From positions 620,001 to 684,000 of the forward strand of contig OX337241.1 of the NCBI GenBank assembly GCA_946965045.2: DNA of 64,000 nt, written 5' to 3'. Below, piece after piece: positions 23,701 through 33,565 of this stretch. The notes under the pieces are model-generated. The model saw only the letters and a program-made list of their open reading frames with translations, had not been told where the DNA came from and did no database searches. This stretch comes from Epithemia pelagica. Lineage: Eukaryota; Protista; Bacillariophyta. Each line of letters starts with the position of its first letter. The stretch's first letter is position 1. A program made the translations under genes and the position numbers.

Positions 23701-23925
23701 AGGCACAATGCTATCAACTACCACTCGGTACGCGAGGCAGCAGCGGCATCTATTATCCGTGTGGGCAAGGAAGATACTGAATCCAACATCGCTGATCTTT
23801 TCACCAAGATCTTACCACGAGAACGTCGGAATACTCTCATTTCGCAGTTTACGTATTCGGCCGCTTTTGGGGCAGGCGGTCCTCCGTCCTTATCTTCCAA
23901 TGGGACCAATCCCGCACACCTCTAA
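17764..23925 (+). CDS. Copia 2 Gag-PR-IN-RT-RH polyprotein (2053 aa)
   Basis: Gag, protease (MDTMADTCCAG), integrase D-D-E (YTDTLF / TADMAGE / RAEREIG), chromo-like segment, RT (CDIGNAYL, LYGLKSSG, YVDD) and RNase H (FVDADHAG, DNRG, NIADLFTK). Copia domain order. Confidence 0.95.
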   Translation: MATSTRSNTKTATASGRGGSGSGSGSGSGSGGGSGNGNPGATGNGGGDRTSRHGASMGMGAGGSDPPGGVPGTTGGTAAGTAAGMAPGVAAPGGAPGIGAGSAGTGGAGGGAGAGGGAPGAGGGGHGGGAAGGGGGGGAAGGGAGGGAGGGAGGGGGGAGGGGAGGGGGGGIPPGVPAPPPPLSAVGMALSVCGANLFEIYALEHTERLNTLESYGRMTSDDVTQLVSRLEKRPYPHNVAIPSSVVKNIQGMCFWSARARRQGRPLNYGDFTTAVLDESLDAMEIQSEKSSAPDIKPSALKEEEWEDWSQEFPTYLSHIYGKQKAPLDYVIRPDLAPTHVFASTREQELYSYPLGGPYFKEDNKEVFRLLSDLVKDQPATWIQPFQASQDGRRAWMALVDHFDGGGQKERRISKAEAILETVVYQNERVFSFDSYSAQLLRAFRTLDSTPNRRSTANQVKILIDNMKVATAEFAVIKSYVRSNHRTDLQGAIAYISREISDIYPDVAVGNRRNQGRHRFVSEATSSNRPRNFTGLEQNNGVYTFFGVDVTDVTRRFSSQEMNLLGPSGQAYIHQERERVRAQGGRGGGRTFGGRGRGRGGRGHGGGRHGGGRGVAEIQMENQSVITDITNEGNRTTSGGNGASDGNRGSDSNTQGERGSTNGRRFGNGAYGDDSGSSRHGVSVVNCGPQRRVGKVEKGWLLKQGSGGETGRNEMDTMADTCCAGRNWTLVETTGMECTVNDFAGNQVGATSVPVATCATVVRDRKSGMEIVIIGHQMLWFGNKLDKSLLNQNQVRHAGHDVRDDPMRQDKEGFGIWIDGFHIPFQLRGTTVYFESRAPSPQDIESLPSVVLTRQETWDPHTVDLLQKGDSPYLETHDMGMAGVGAISAALVPQGINRELAARPRVKQVESTRHGAVTPESLSRKWRIGLDSARATLRVTTQQGIRTAISPITRRYRVDNLALHRNRLQTRIYTDTLFSKTTSLSGNKCAQVFTDGQFTSVYPMVSKAHVGQALARFIDEVGIPDKMTADMAGEQVGESTMFQKLVRMHRIDMHWTERNTGKQNHRAEREIGLLKQRWHRRAMDLHVPRRLWDYGLVYEAGVLSRVARGHDGRSGLERLSGDTPDISEWIDFSFYDLVWFHNNAKTDAADDLVQLGYWLGIAHRIGSDLCYWILTKGGKVIARTTVQHVTEEDMGKPDIAERVKQFKLIAEERLDDRNFTDEEGNGPGYLEDVEPEEERRGRVGIVPTDDEYGDMIVEETDEADLHGEGYDEYVGAQIQVEMGGEQMFGTVEKRQKGLDGKPVGKFNRNPKFDTRTYQVSFPGGVIQEYTANLVAENLYSQLDTEGKRYVVIQEIVGHRKNGDAVAIEDGYHVGQNGNRHPKKTTKGWEIAVECRDGTQMWIPLRDAKNGYAVELAEYAVAQGLVEEPAFKWWVPQTLNHMRRMVKKVKKKYWKTTEKYGIKLPHSVEEALKIDEVTGTTFWRDAIDKELRVVKVAWEARDDLDLEEVRAGRQLIGHTEIKCHMVFDIKMDLTRKARLVAGGHMTDAPSSLTYSSVVSRDSIRIAFLIAALNGLKVLACDIGNAYLNAPCREKVWFHGGPEVGNEFQGKVCVMVRALYGLKSSGASWRATLMVTLYDMGFVDTQADPCVLRRKARRSSGEEYYEIILVYVDDILLVSEDPHPVLDEIDKHYKIKAGSVGEPTVYLGAQIYKHNLPSGSWAWGMSSEKYVANAIRIVEDLLKEDGDGKHLKTTAKVPVVSSYKPELDTTPELNPALTSRYQQLIGVLRWAVEIGRVDIYLEVSILSQFLANPRVGHLEAVYHIFAFLKSHSKLKLVFDPKDVVLDESCFPQVPIDDWKEFYGEVAEEIPSKMPPPLGRPVSITCFVDADHAGNVVTRRSHTGILIFVQNAPILWYSKRQNTVETSSFGSEFVALRIAKEMIVALRYKLRMFGVPLVGPASVLCDNRGVVKNTSLPSSVLSKRHNAINYHSVREAAAASIIRVGKEDTESNIADLFTKILPRERRNTLISQFTYSAAFGAGGPPSLSSNGTNPAHL

Positions 23926-23971
23926 TGGGGCCAGTAACTCAACTCTCATTGGTTGATCCACTGGCGGGGAC

Positions 23972-24149
23972 TGTCTCATTCGGGTCGCTACGGATTGGAT
24001 ACGTCATCATGACGTGTAAGGGACTAATGACCAAAAGGGAATGGAACGGTCATTATCGGTTACCTACTTACTGGTTTTATGCGTTGGATGTTATGGTTAA
24101 TCCTACTTAGTCTTTCTTTGGAACGGATTCTATCAAGTAGAATAAGACA
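23972..24149 (+). repeat. 3' LTR of Copia 2
   Basis: 178 bp, identical by eye to 17548..17725. Confidence 0.95.
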
Positions 24150-24577
24150 TTATCACATCCGTTGGAAATTTCTATTTATAGCTTCAACTTCCGAAATCTG
24201 AAACCAACCGACATGCTCACATTTTCAGGGTTTACGGCATAGTACTCTCCTGCCGGCACCCAACACCGAGGGACCAACGCGAACGAACAACTAACAAACC
24301 GGTGACAATTCGCGATTTTTTGACATGATGCTGTGAAGATTCCCTTCCCCCATACTACCTCGGTTTTGTTGGCAAGTATCTTTTGTTGATTGCGTTCGGT
24401 TCTGACCAGGTCCCCAGTCCAGACACAACGCCCTTGACCTGGCATGGACATGCTCCATCTACTCACTGCGTTTCATAGACTTGAAAGCGAAACACCCAAA
24501 AGAAAAGCTGCCGATACACGGAAGGTATCCACAGTCGATTGATCACTCGCATCATCAACGCGACAAGAAAACAAGTC

Positions 24578-25510
24578 ATGAATCGTCATGGTGACGGTCA
24601 CAACTGTCCCAATAGCACCGAATCTCGGTGGAATGCAGCTCAAGACAAGCCACTACGATTGATGCCACATGCCATGGATTGTTCGCCATTGTTAGCGTCC
24701 CATTCCTTGAGCAGGAAGCCAAGGAAAAGAAAATATGTTCACTTCCGAGACCGTCCCGAACGAGACCAACACTGTGCTCGTGTTCCATTGGAAACCGTTG
24801 TGGCCCCATGCTCTGCCGTGGAAAACGGCATAGATCCTTGCATGTTATGGTATACTCGAGATGATATTGCACAGTTTAAGGCTACAGCACGATCTGAAGC
24901 TCGTGCCGTCCTCCACGCATGTCAACCAGAGCACAAGAGTGAACAGGGTGTCACCGCACCGGGCGATGAAAATGCCATTGAAGCCATTATTCAAGCATTC
25001 AAACGATCCATAACGCACGCCGCTCGATTTGATTTCCGAAACGGCAACAACACAGCAGCATCTCAACTAAGTTATACGACAAACAGAAAATCTCCAAATG
25101 CATCAAAATCATCATTATCATCGCATCACGCGCTTTTTCGTCATGATTCTGTGCTCAATGTTCCTTTCCATGGTTCTCTGGCTTTGATTGGTCTTGAATA
25201 TACAGCACACATTGATATATATCACAACCAACGTCGCTGTCGCAAAAGTCTACTCCAAGTTCTAGAGGACCTTCAATCTCCAAGAGTGCAATGCATGTTT
25301 CGGAAACAGCAGCAACAAACCAATGGTGAGATCAATGAGGACTTGCTACCAACGAAGGTACTGTGCCGTGCCTGTGAGAACGTTAGTGGTCCATCCATCC
25401 TCTTTGCCCAATATTTGGGCCAGGCTGCAGCAGCAATGTCCGTGACATCCACCACCTCCTTGTCCACCACCTCCGTGTCATTGCCACACGACGAGAAAGA
25501 GGTTCCATGA
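24578..25510 (+). CDS. Uncharacterised VRF/WY/GLE family protein, copy C
   Basis: RKRKYVHFR...LWYTRDDIAQFK...LIGLE...DIYHNQRRCRK...ACENVSGPSILFAQYLGQAAAA. First ATG at 24578. Confidence 0.75.
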   Translation: MNRHGDGHNCPNSTESRWNAAQDKPLRLMPHAMDCSPLLASHSLSRKPRKRKYVHFRDRPERDQHCARVPLETVVAPCSAVENGIDPCMLWYTRDDIAQFKATARSEARAVLHACQPEHKSEQGVTAPGDENAIEAIIQAFKRSITHAARFDFRNGNNTAASQLSYTTNRKSPNASKSSLSSHHALFRHDSVLNVPFHGSLALIGLEYTAHIDIYHNQRRCRKSLLQVLEDLQSPRVQCMFRKQQQQTNGEINEDLLPTKVLCRACENVSGPSILFAQYLGQAAAAMSVTSTTSLSTTSVSLPHDEKEVP

Positions 25511-26137
25511 CTACAAAAAGACATAGCTGCCAGAGTAGAATGAGTAAGAGAATCTCCTTCACAAGCAGCTTTACAACAACACGAAAGAATCCGCCAGTTC
25601 TTAAGCAAATGGATCCACATGGTTTTTTACCAACAGAGTACAGCGAGTTGCACCTATGATCAATTATATTTCATGGAGTCTGTCCACAGCAGCAAGTTAC
25701 GTCTCTATGCTATTTCAGGGTATCTATCCGTTTTCATGCGGCACCAGAAGAATCGAAAGGAGTCCATAGTTGAGCTGGGATCACGCAGTCTTGAGCTGGA
25801 GGACTCGTCCGGATAGGAGTACAGGTAGCCAGGGTAGTATCGCGTCGTACACGCCCAACGGATTGCCTCCGCTGGAGTATCAGATGAGTGGGAATTATTT
25901 AGTACCCCCTACCAATGTCGTATCAATCGGTAGTGTACATTTCAATCGTTCTAAAGGCTGGAAGTGCCATCACAAGTCCGTTGCGAGTCAAACCCCAAGA
26001 CTCTTTGGGGGAGGAGCGTCAAAGTCCAAAAAGTCTCTCTCGATTCTCGATATATATCTCTCATCATCCAAGATTTCGGTCTCTTCGAATGATCACTCGT
26101 ATTTCGTCTTGGAGACAGGAGAGTGAGATCAATTGTC

Positions 26138-27907
26138 ATGGAACAAAATCGTCGTTCTGGAGGACGCTCCTCCTATAATAACTACGACAATGCCGTTCCT
26201 CCACAATATCGAAAGGAAAGTTTCCACCGTCCCTCGCCAAGTAGTACAAGCAACAACCGTCCGTCATCGTCATCATCATCTTCCCCGTATCAGTATCGCT
26301 ATCGACCGCCCTCTTCCTCGACCAATCCTAAGAGTGGTCGCAGCGACGATCCATCCCTGGCCAGTCGATCGTCCGTGTCCAAGTCCAAGAGTTCTCAACG
26401 ACCGAACAATCACCGTCCGTCCCCATCTGGAGGAAGAGGAGGAGCTTCGGTGACATCTTCCTCTAAATCACGAGGAACTGTATCGTCCTCCAAAGGAAAT
26501 CCTTCTCCTCCATTCCATAATGGAAGATCCAGTACGTCTTCGGCCTATTCCTTTGCACCTCCTGGACGACGAGAAAGCAATGCACAATCGTCTGAATTCT
26601 TTCAAGATGAAGAAGTACCAACGAATCGCAACAGCAGCAAGAGCAACAAGGCTCGTAGCGTCAGTGATAAACGTGTTCCTTTGACGGCCAACAAGCCTCG
26701 AGTTTCAGATAGGGACCAAAGCAGTCTCAGGGGTGGTGGAGATGGTGGAAGAAGCAATCGTCGTGCTGACAAATTATCGTCGAATCGCAAACCGCGATCC
26801 TTGATTTTGGGAATGAGCAAGCCCGTTTTCGCCGGTGCCTGTGTGTTGGGTATGGTAGCCGCCACCGTAACGGCGTACAGTCTAATGGAACTCATGCCTC
26901 GACGAAGCGAAGTGAATGACTTGGAAGAACAAGTGGATCGATTAAAGGGTGAAGTGAATCGGTTACAGGTACAAAACGACCGCTACGAAACTTCCAATGA
27001 TCAACTCAACACTTCGATTGCAAATTTTCGACTGGAAAATCAAAGATTGAACGAGACCCGAAAACACATGGATGCCTCTATTGAACGGATGCAAGATGAA
27101 ATTCCATAACTGCAACAAAACAATGCTGAGTTGGCCAAGATTGTGGATGAGTTGTCTCAAGACATTCAAATCTTCAACACGACTGTGGTCATTCCTTTGC
27201 GAAAGTCGGTCGAACTCTTGAATCAATCGGTTTCTGCACTCATTGCCGATGACACGGCTCGAACAGTTCTCCTGAACTTGGTCAAGCAACTCGTCTTTTT
27301 GGAGAAAGAAAACGCTCGTTTGGCCCAAACGGAAGCCGAATTGGCCAACCTTTTGAATCCAGTCCAAGTACAAAACAATGCCTTGCGAAATCAACTGACT
27401 GGACTGGAATCGGTCGCGACCGTCTTGACCGGTACTACCAATGTACTGTCGGGGCAAGTCCAACAAACGGCGCATCAAGTCAAGATCAAAATTGAAGAAA
27501 ATCGGGTCTTGGGAGTGGCCCGGTCAATGGTTTCCGCACAAGATCCCCTTGTCTCGTGGGATTGTGGAGCCAGTGACCTTTTCCCCAGTTTTTTTGGCAA
27601 CCCGGACACGATCGCGATGAATCTCAATACCCTTCGCAGTGTCTTGAGTACGGTTCAACCCATTCTACTCGACCCTCTCTGCCTCGATCGGACCAATTTG
27701 GAGCAGTATTTGCGGCAAGAGTACAATGTCAATGTCAATGGTATCACGGCAAATCAACTTGTTCAAGGAGTAGATGATTACGTCGATTTGGCACTGGAGT
27801 ACTTGTATCCATCCTCGGCATCTTCTATTCAAAATGGAGCCATTACAGCAGACCAGTGGGAGCAAGCGAGTTATCAATGCTCCAATCTCCCCACGTTTCT
27901 TTACTAG
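26138..27907 (+). pseudogene. Single-TM coiled-coil protein with Cys-containing C-terminal domain, interrupted by in-frame TAA at 27107..27109
   Basis: ORFs 26123..27109 and 27131..27907 share one frame (MQDEIP*LQQNNAELAK). Ser/Arg-rich N-terminus, TM VFAGACVLGMVAATVTAYSLM, heptads continuing across the stop, then a WDC...LCL...W..ASYQC domain. Confidence 0.6.
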
Positions 27908-28283
27908 GTAGGTTGGTGGTTGGTGCCTTGAAGCCACTACATCACCCGTAGTTATATGCATGCAAGAGCTCTCGTACATGTTACTGCATTGTAAAGTTCC
28001 TGTGTGACATTGTCAGTCCACATGAATGTTCATACCTAAGTCAAACGTTTCATTTTAAATGCATCTGATGTGGCAATTGCAGTCTATTCATAAAAACGAT
28101 CAGCCGATAGTGCACGTACGTAGGAACCTTGTCAAAGTGCGCACATCTGTGGAGTTCCTGATGCTCTCTTCCATTCGACGATTTATACCATGCGCTCATT
28201 GTGATAAGTGTTTAGACCATACGAATTAGATTTGCATCCCATGAATAGAGTACCTTCTCGTTTACTACAGCGCCAGCGATATC

Positions 28284-29450
28284 TCAATTGGGCACGTCAT
28301 TTCTTGCCTGACGGGCTGCACTCTCCTCCTCCACGCCATGTTCCTTGGCCAGTGCGTGGGCAATCACCAGTAATCGATTGTACTTGGCTCGAAGTGAAGC
28401 CAATTCTGTTTCCAAATCCTCGTGATTTGTCATTCTGTTGGTGTTCTCTGTTCCCTCCTCGTTCTTTTGGAAGGCAAACGAGGCTAGTTCGGCAATCGCC
28501 GATGCGTGATCCAAACTCGCAGTGTCTGTCAGAGAAGCCACGGGTACACAAGGAATCAGGGGTGCCACGACATCTTCCGAAGCAACAGTCACAGCGGTCT
28601 CGGGAACAACCTGGGTAGCTGTGGCGGTCGCGGCCATGACGTCCGTTTTGATCCCATCACATTTATCATTTTGGGGGACAAGGACAACTTGCAATTTGGT
28701 TTTACTCACTGAACCCACAGGTCTACCTCCACTTGTGGATTTGGGATCAAAATACGAAGATGGCGGTGGATTCTTCTTGTTCTTTTTCCACGAACCAAAC
28801 CATGGACTTGGCGATGGTGACGGTGGTACTGATGATGATGATGAGGATGACGGCGACATAATCATGTCAATGTAGTTGGCAATAGGTTCCAGTGATTTCG
28901 AACCCATCATGGTAGGACTCATACGATAGTGTTCGGGAAGGTCCTGCACTGGAATACTGAGAATCAAAAATTTGGTAGTATCGACAAAGTCACTCCAAGC
29001 ATCGGTTGTGCCATATTTCTGATACAATTTCCACAATCGGTCCTTTTCTTTGGGCACCATGACAATTTGGAGCTGTACGGTTTTGCCTGCCTCGACGAAT
29101 CCACAATTGGGACGAACGAGACATCGATTCGGATGAGTGATCTTGACCTATGTAGAATAACAGAAATGGTTGATGAGACAAATTTTGACCTTGCCTGCAA
29201 AGATCACTGTCGGTTCAACGATAGTAATGGCCAGTTGGAAGAGGAGACATACCTTGAAGGCAATTGGATCCTTGTTGTTGATACCAGGATTCGTCAAGGT
29301 CAGTACTTCGGTTGTATCACTCCATTGCGACAATCGAAACATCAAGACATTTGGAGGGGTGATTTCCAGTCCACTCGATACGCCAGAGGTATCACTTATT
29401 GCTGTCTTTGCCGCTTCTTGCTGCTTCATGTTGGTGTGGTGTTTACCCAT
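28284..29450 (-). CDS. MSP (major sperm protein)-domain VAP-like protein (exons 29450..29253, 29147..28284)
   Basis: A 105-nt GTATGT...CATAG intron gives LEITPPNVLMF...LTLTNP...PIAFK-VKITHPNRCLVRPNCGFV, matching the MSP signature FKVKTT.P..Y.VRP. C-terminal coiled coil. Confidence 0.8.
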
Positions 29451-30242
29451 CTCCTCTATTCGCCTTTATATAAAGAAGCCACTTCAGTCGCGCAACAATC
29501 CGGAACAACGCGATGCGGAAGAAAAGACCCCCACGAACACACGAAAAGCTCCAGAATAACGATGGTGTGTTCGCTGAAATGCCATCATCCTTCGGCATGA
29601 TTCCAACACACATTTGCTGTCGTTCTTTACCGCATCACGAGCACCCATTCCAAATTTTGCGTACCGTTCATTGTGTCATTGTGTCATTGTCTCAACTCTA
29701 TGCAACGGTCTGTTGTTGGATGTTGGTTAATCCAGTCGCGCACGTCTGGCTATTGACTTTGAGTCTGACGAGACTCATCTATTCTTTATTCTTTCATGCC
29801 AGAAGCCAGAATAGGAGTAGAAACGACATGACATAGAAGTGATTGAAGTAATTAGACATGTAGACGACTGTTCGTCCAGAGAGCCATGATAAGAGGATTA
29901 AACGTCCATAAGAGATGATTGACGAATGTGCTGTCCATTATTTGTAACTGGAACTACACAGTCGGCATCATTCGAAACCAGGATGTTTGGAGAGAGTCTT
30001 GAGGCGATCAACTTCAGCTTCGTGAGAACGGTGTTCACAAAGCGAATGTGGAAACAACAACGCTGCACTGTGTAGTTTGTGCAACGACACAGCGTGATGA
30101 AAAAAACCATCGAAGCCTTCTTCATTTGAACATTACAATTTGCGTAGATTCAAAGCCCCTTGACCCAGAAAACTACTTCGGTCGAGCGGGAGAATTGTTG
30201 GGGAACCATCTGTACTCTTAGCCTGGGATTGAGCTAGGGTCA

Positions 30243-32636
30243 TTAAGAAGTTGTCGTTGCGGCTGCTGGAGAAAAACCAGGTCCTGTGGGACGCGTATAT
30301 CCCTTGCCTCCATACTTTCCGGCCTTGACTGTGACACCCATGGGGCGGTCACGGCCATGATCCTCAAGAATCATGGAATCCATCAAAGCCCCCACATTGT
30401 CCGTATGACAGCCATATGGGTCTTCGTCTCGTCCATTTCTTCGCTTTTTCTTCTTTTTCCGACCTCCACCCTTGTTGCGTTTGGTTTGATTCATATTCGG
30501 ATCTTGTTGACCAGTTGTAAGAACACCGCCTTGAGCCAAAACATAAATAAGGTCCTTGCTTTCTTCGGCATTTGCAATCACTGAGTCAGTCGTATCATTG
30601 ACACCCAACTCTGAGTCATTATCCTCCTCATTGGGTTCATCGTCCTCGTCATTATCATGTTTATCATCCTCGTCCTGGTCCGAATCTCCAAAATCAGGAG
30701 ACAATTTGGGGTCCAAGGAGGTGGATGGTTGATGCTTGTGTTTTTGCTGTTTCTCTTGTTGCTTTTCTAGTTTGACTCGTAACTTTTCCGTTCGTTCCAA
30801 CGCGGTGCGGACCGTTTCGCGATAAAACAGCATGGTTTGGTCTTCATGTGTGTTGGATGATGCTGCAGCTGCCTCATCTTGGGAGTTCGTGTCGTACTGT
30901 TTTGTGGTGGGTGGTGGCGGAGCATGACAATACAACAACTTGCCCTTGGCATAGTCTTGAATTACCATTCGAGCGGCTCGTGTATAATCGGGCACTCCAC
31001 TCGAGGCAGCCATCATGCCTCGGGCATGACAAAGAGTTTGCAAGAATTCCTGCGCTGTGGGCGGCGGTGGTGATTTCGTAGACAACGCCTCCTCGGGGCT
31101 ATCCGTATCCCTGTGCTGGACGGGGACTGGCAATTGAATGCCGTATTGGGCATTCAAAATCTCACGAGGAATACGATGACAAATCAAGTCGAGGACAGGC
31201 CAAGGATCTCGCATTTGGGCAATAGGATACACCCCTGCGGCAATCAAATCGGCTGTATTGGATACAAAGGAGGGAAACACAAGACCAGGACAATCGCAAA
31301 GAAGTAAATCTGGAGCATCGGGCAACAAGAGTGTTTGAAAATGCTTGGTTTTGCCTGGTTGGGCCGCCACACCGACTCGTACCATGCCATGAGTATGCTT
31401 ACTACTCCCCATCAACACGTTGATGACAGAACTTTTTCCAACATTCGGGAAGCCCACCATACCAAAAGGAATGCGATTGTGATGACGAGCGTCCGGTTCG
31501 CAATTATGTGATTTCGCAAAGGCCCCCATGGCCTGTAACAATTGCGTGCGGGTGAGGGACACTTCCACTCCCATGCCGTCAATCGATTCACCAAGCTCGT
31601 CGTCGTCCTCCTCATCATCATCATCATCCTGTTCGTTATCGCCGGCAGGTTGATTATCCTCAGATACCGGAGAAGCGGCAGGTTCGGACTGTAACATGGT
31701 TTCAATTACCTTGGTACGATCCTGTTGTTGTTCTTGCCGTGCCTTTTGTTGCGCATCTGCATCCAATTTGGCTTGTTCTTGGGCGGCCGAGAAAAAGACA
31801 ACAGGATGCCATCCTTGTTGTTTCAAGTATCTATGCCATTGACGCCGTTGCAATGGTGATAAGTAATCGCTCTTGTTGACCAAGACCATCATTGGTTTTC
31901 CCAACGTTGTGGTCGCATAGTCCTTTAAATCATGTGACAAGTAAAAGAGAGGATTGCGTGCATCTACCAATTGAACGACACAGGAAGATCGTTCCAGTAC
32001 CCGCCACAATTGACGCCAGACATGTAAATTCTTTTCAAAGGGTGTCACAGTGGTCGTTGGAGACGATTCGTGGAGCTGCCGGGGTTGTGAATCGAGTTGT
32101 TGTTGTTGCCGCAGGAGCTCTTCTTCTTTGTACGCAATGCCTCGTCTCCATTCCAAAAAGGTTTCTTCTTCTCTTCGTTGCAATTCCTCCGGTGTCGTGG
32201 AGGCATCCCATGGAGGTCGTCGAGGCACCGACAATTCGGTAAAGGTAAATTCGGGTACTGCTGGTTGATCGGCCCATTGAACCTTGGGAGTCGAGGCTGG
32301 GCGATAGACTTGACCCACTTCATCCAAAACAACCAATCCCTGCTTTTGACTGGCAAATTCTTGCCTTGCCAAGGCCGCTTGTCCCAAAAAGTCATCCACA
32401 TCATTCACTTCCAAAATCGAAGTCGGTCGTTGTTGTGATTCCTCGTTCGCAACACCGATACTGGCCACACCAACTTGCATCCCCATTCCACCAGCACCAA
32501 TGCCACCAGACCTACGACCATTCGCCTTGGGACGATATCGTTGTCCCTGCGCACGTTGCAAGGCCTTGCCCATTCCAGCCTCGCGATCCGATTTACTTGG
32601 TTTCCCCTTGCGTGACGTTCCTTGTGTTCGAGGCAT
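30243..32636 (-). CDS. LSG1: Large subunit GTPase 1 (circularly permuted GTPase, 60S maturation)
   Basis: TPFEKNLHVWRQLWRVLERS, VDARNPLFY, NKSD (G4), GFPNVGKSSVIN (G1), PGKTKHFQT, DCPGLVFPSF (G3) and RMVIQDYAKGKLLYC. Confidence 0.93.
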   Translation of the reverse strand: MPRTQGTSRKGKPSKSDREAGMGKALQRAQGQRYRPKANGRRSGGIGAGGMGMQVGVASIGVANEESQQRPTSILEVNDVDDFLGQAALARQEFASQKQGLVVLDEVGQVYRPASTPKVQWADQPAVPEFTFTELSVPRRPPWDASTTPEELQRREEETFLEWRRGIAYKEEELLRQQQQLDSQPRQLHESSPTTTVTPFEKNLHVWRQLWRVLERSSCVVQLVDARNPLFYLSHDLKDYATTTLGKPMMVLVNKSDYLSPLQRRQWHRYLKQQGWHPVVFFSAAQEQAKLDADAQQKARQEQQQDRTKVIETMLQSEPAASPVSEDNQPAGDNEQDDDDDEEDDDELGESIDGMGVEVSLTRTQLLQAMGAFAKSHNCEPDARHHNRIPFGMVGFPNVGKSSVINVLMGSSKHTHGMVRVGVAAQPGKTKHFQTLLLPDAPDLLLCDCPGLVFPSFVSNTADLIAAGVYPIAQMRDPWPVLDLICHRIPREILNAQYGIQLPVPVQHRDTDSPEEALSTKSPPPPTAQEFLQTLCHARGMMAASSGVPDYTRAARMVIQDYAKGKLLYCHAPPPPTTKQYDTNSQDEAAAASSNTHEDQTMLFYRETVRTALERTEKLRVKLEKQQEKQQKHKHQPSTSLDPKLSPDFGDSDQDEDDKHDNDEDDEPNEEDNDSELGVNDTTDSVIANAEESKDLIYVLAQGGVLTTGQQDPNMNQTKRNKGGGRKKKKKRRNGRDEDPYGCHTDNVGALMDSMILEDHGRDRPMGVTVKAGKYGGKGYTRPTGPGFSPAAATTTS

Positions 32637-33565
32637 GATCGTTCACTCTTCCTTCTGCTGCTGAGTCTCTCGTTTCAACCTGTATAATAACTCGCGACAC
32701 CTTTTCTTTGAGTCCTTTGCTTGGATGCTTTGATATGAGATGAAGGAAGAAGAACAATGAATCGAATAGAGAGGCTCTGACATTGTGATGCCAGACGTGA
32801 AATGGTTGGTCACGTGAAAAGCGACCTATAAGCGTCTAATTTATTCTTCCGTCCACCGTCCGTTACCCCATGGAGGCTCTCGTTTGTGGTGAGATTGCGG
32901 TTTGGGGTCGTTCCATATAACATGCTACATGCTGCATCGGCGGTTTGGTGAAACTCACAAGCACTGCGAAACTTGCTTGCACTCTAACACTTGTTGTTCT
33001 CCTGGGTTACAGACGGTGAGACCACAGCTTTGTTCTCTCAATTCCTCAGGAAGTGAATGTGTTTGTATCTAAAGGTATCCCGTCGTTATCGCAAACAAAA
33101 TCAACCATGCCACAAAGGATCGCCGTTCCCAGATGCCAGTAGGCTCTGTTCTTGTTGATCTGGTTGTGGTTCTCATTGTATGACAAGAAGATTCGTTTCA
33201 AACTCCCCAATCGTAGTAGCAATAAAATATAAAATGAGGCTCCTCAGACTCCAGAAGCTTGTTGGGGGACGAGGCTTATCTACGAGTAGATACTAGTCTA
33301 TCGAACGAATGGAATTGAACGGCCATAGGCATAGCCTCTAAAACAATACTCGTACGAGTAGAGCTGCTCACTATTGCCTGTACCAAGAAAGTGGATGAGG
33401 TTAGAGGAAGGGGATGAAAAATGATAATGAAAAGGGAAAAGGGCGAAGCTGGAAGTTGGTAGTAGTAGTAGATGACAAATCCTCTCATGCTTCAGAATTA
33501 TAGGACAGAAGATGATTTTGCTCGTTGGTACATTTTTTGTCCTGGCGTACCTAGTACCTAGATAG

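Larger units (their letters stand above)
17548..24149 (+). mobile_element. Full-length Ty1/Copia LTR retrotransposon 2 (CoDi-like)
   Basis: Identical 178-bp LTRs at 17548..17725 and 23972..24149 (TGTCT...AGACA). Flanked by TTAT/TTAT (4 bp). Purine-rich GGCGGGGAC before the 3' LTR. Single intact polyprotein ORF. Confidence 0.96.

Noticed and set aside
26969-27130. Possible 162-nt intron removing the TAA
   Set aside because: Weak GAG acceptor with no pyrimidine tract, and the removed sequence encodes regular coiled-coil heptads. Not excluded without RNA data.
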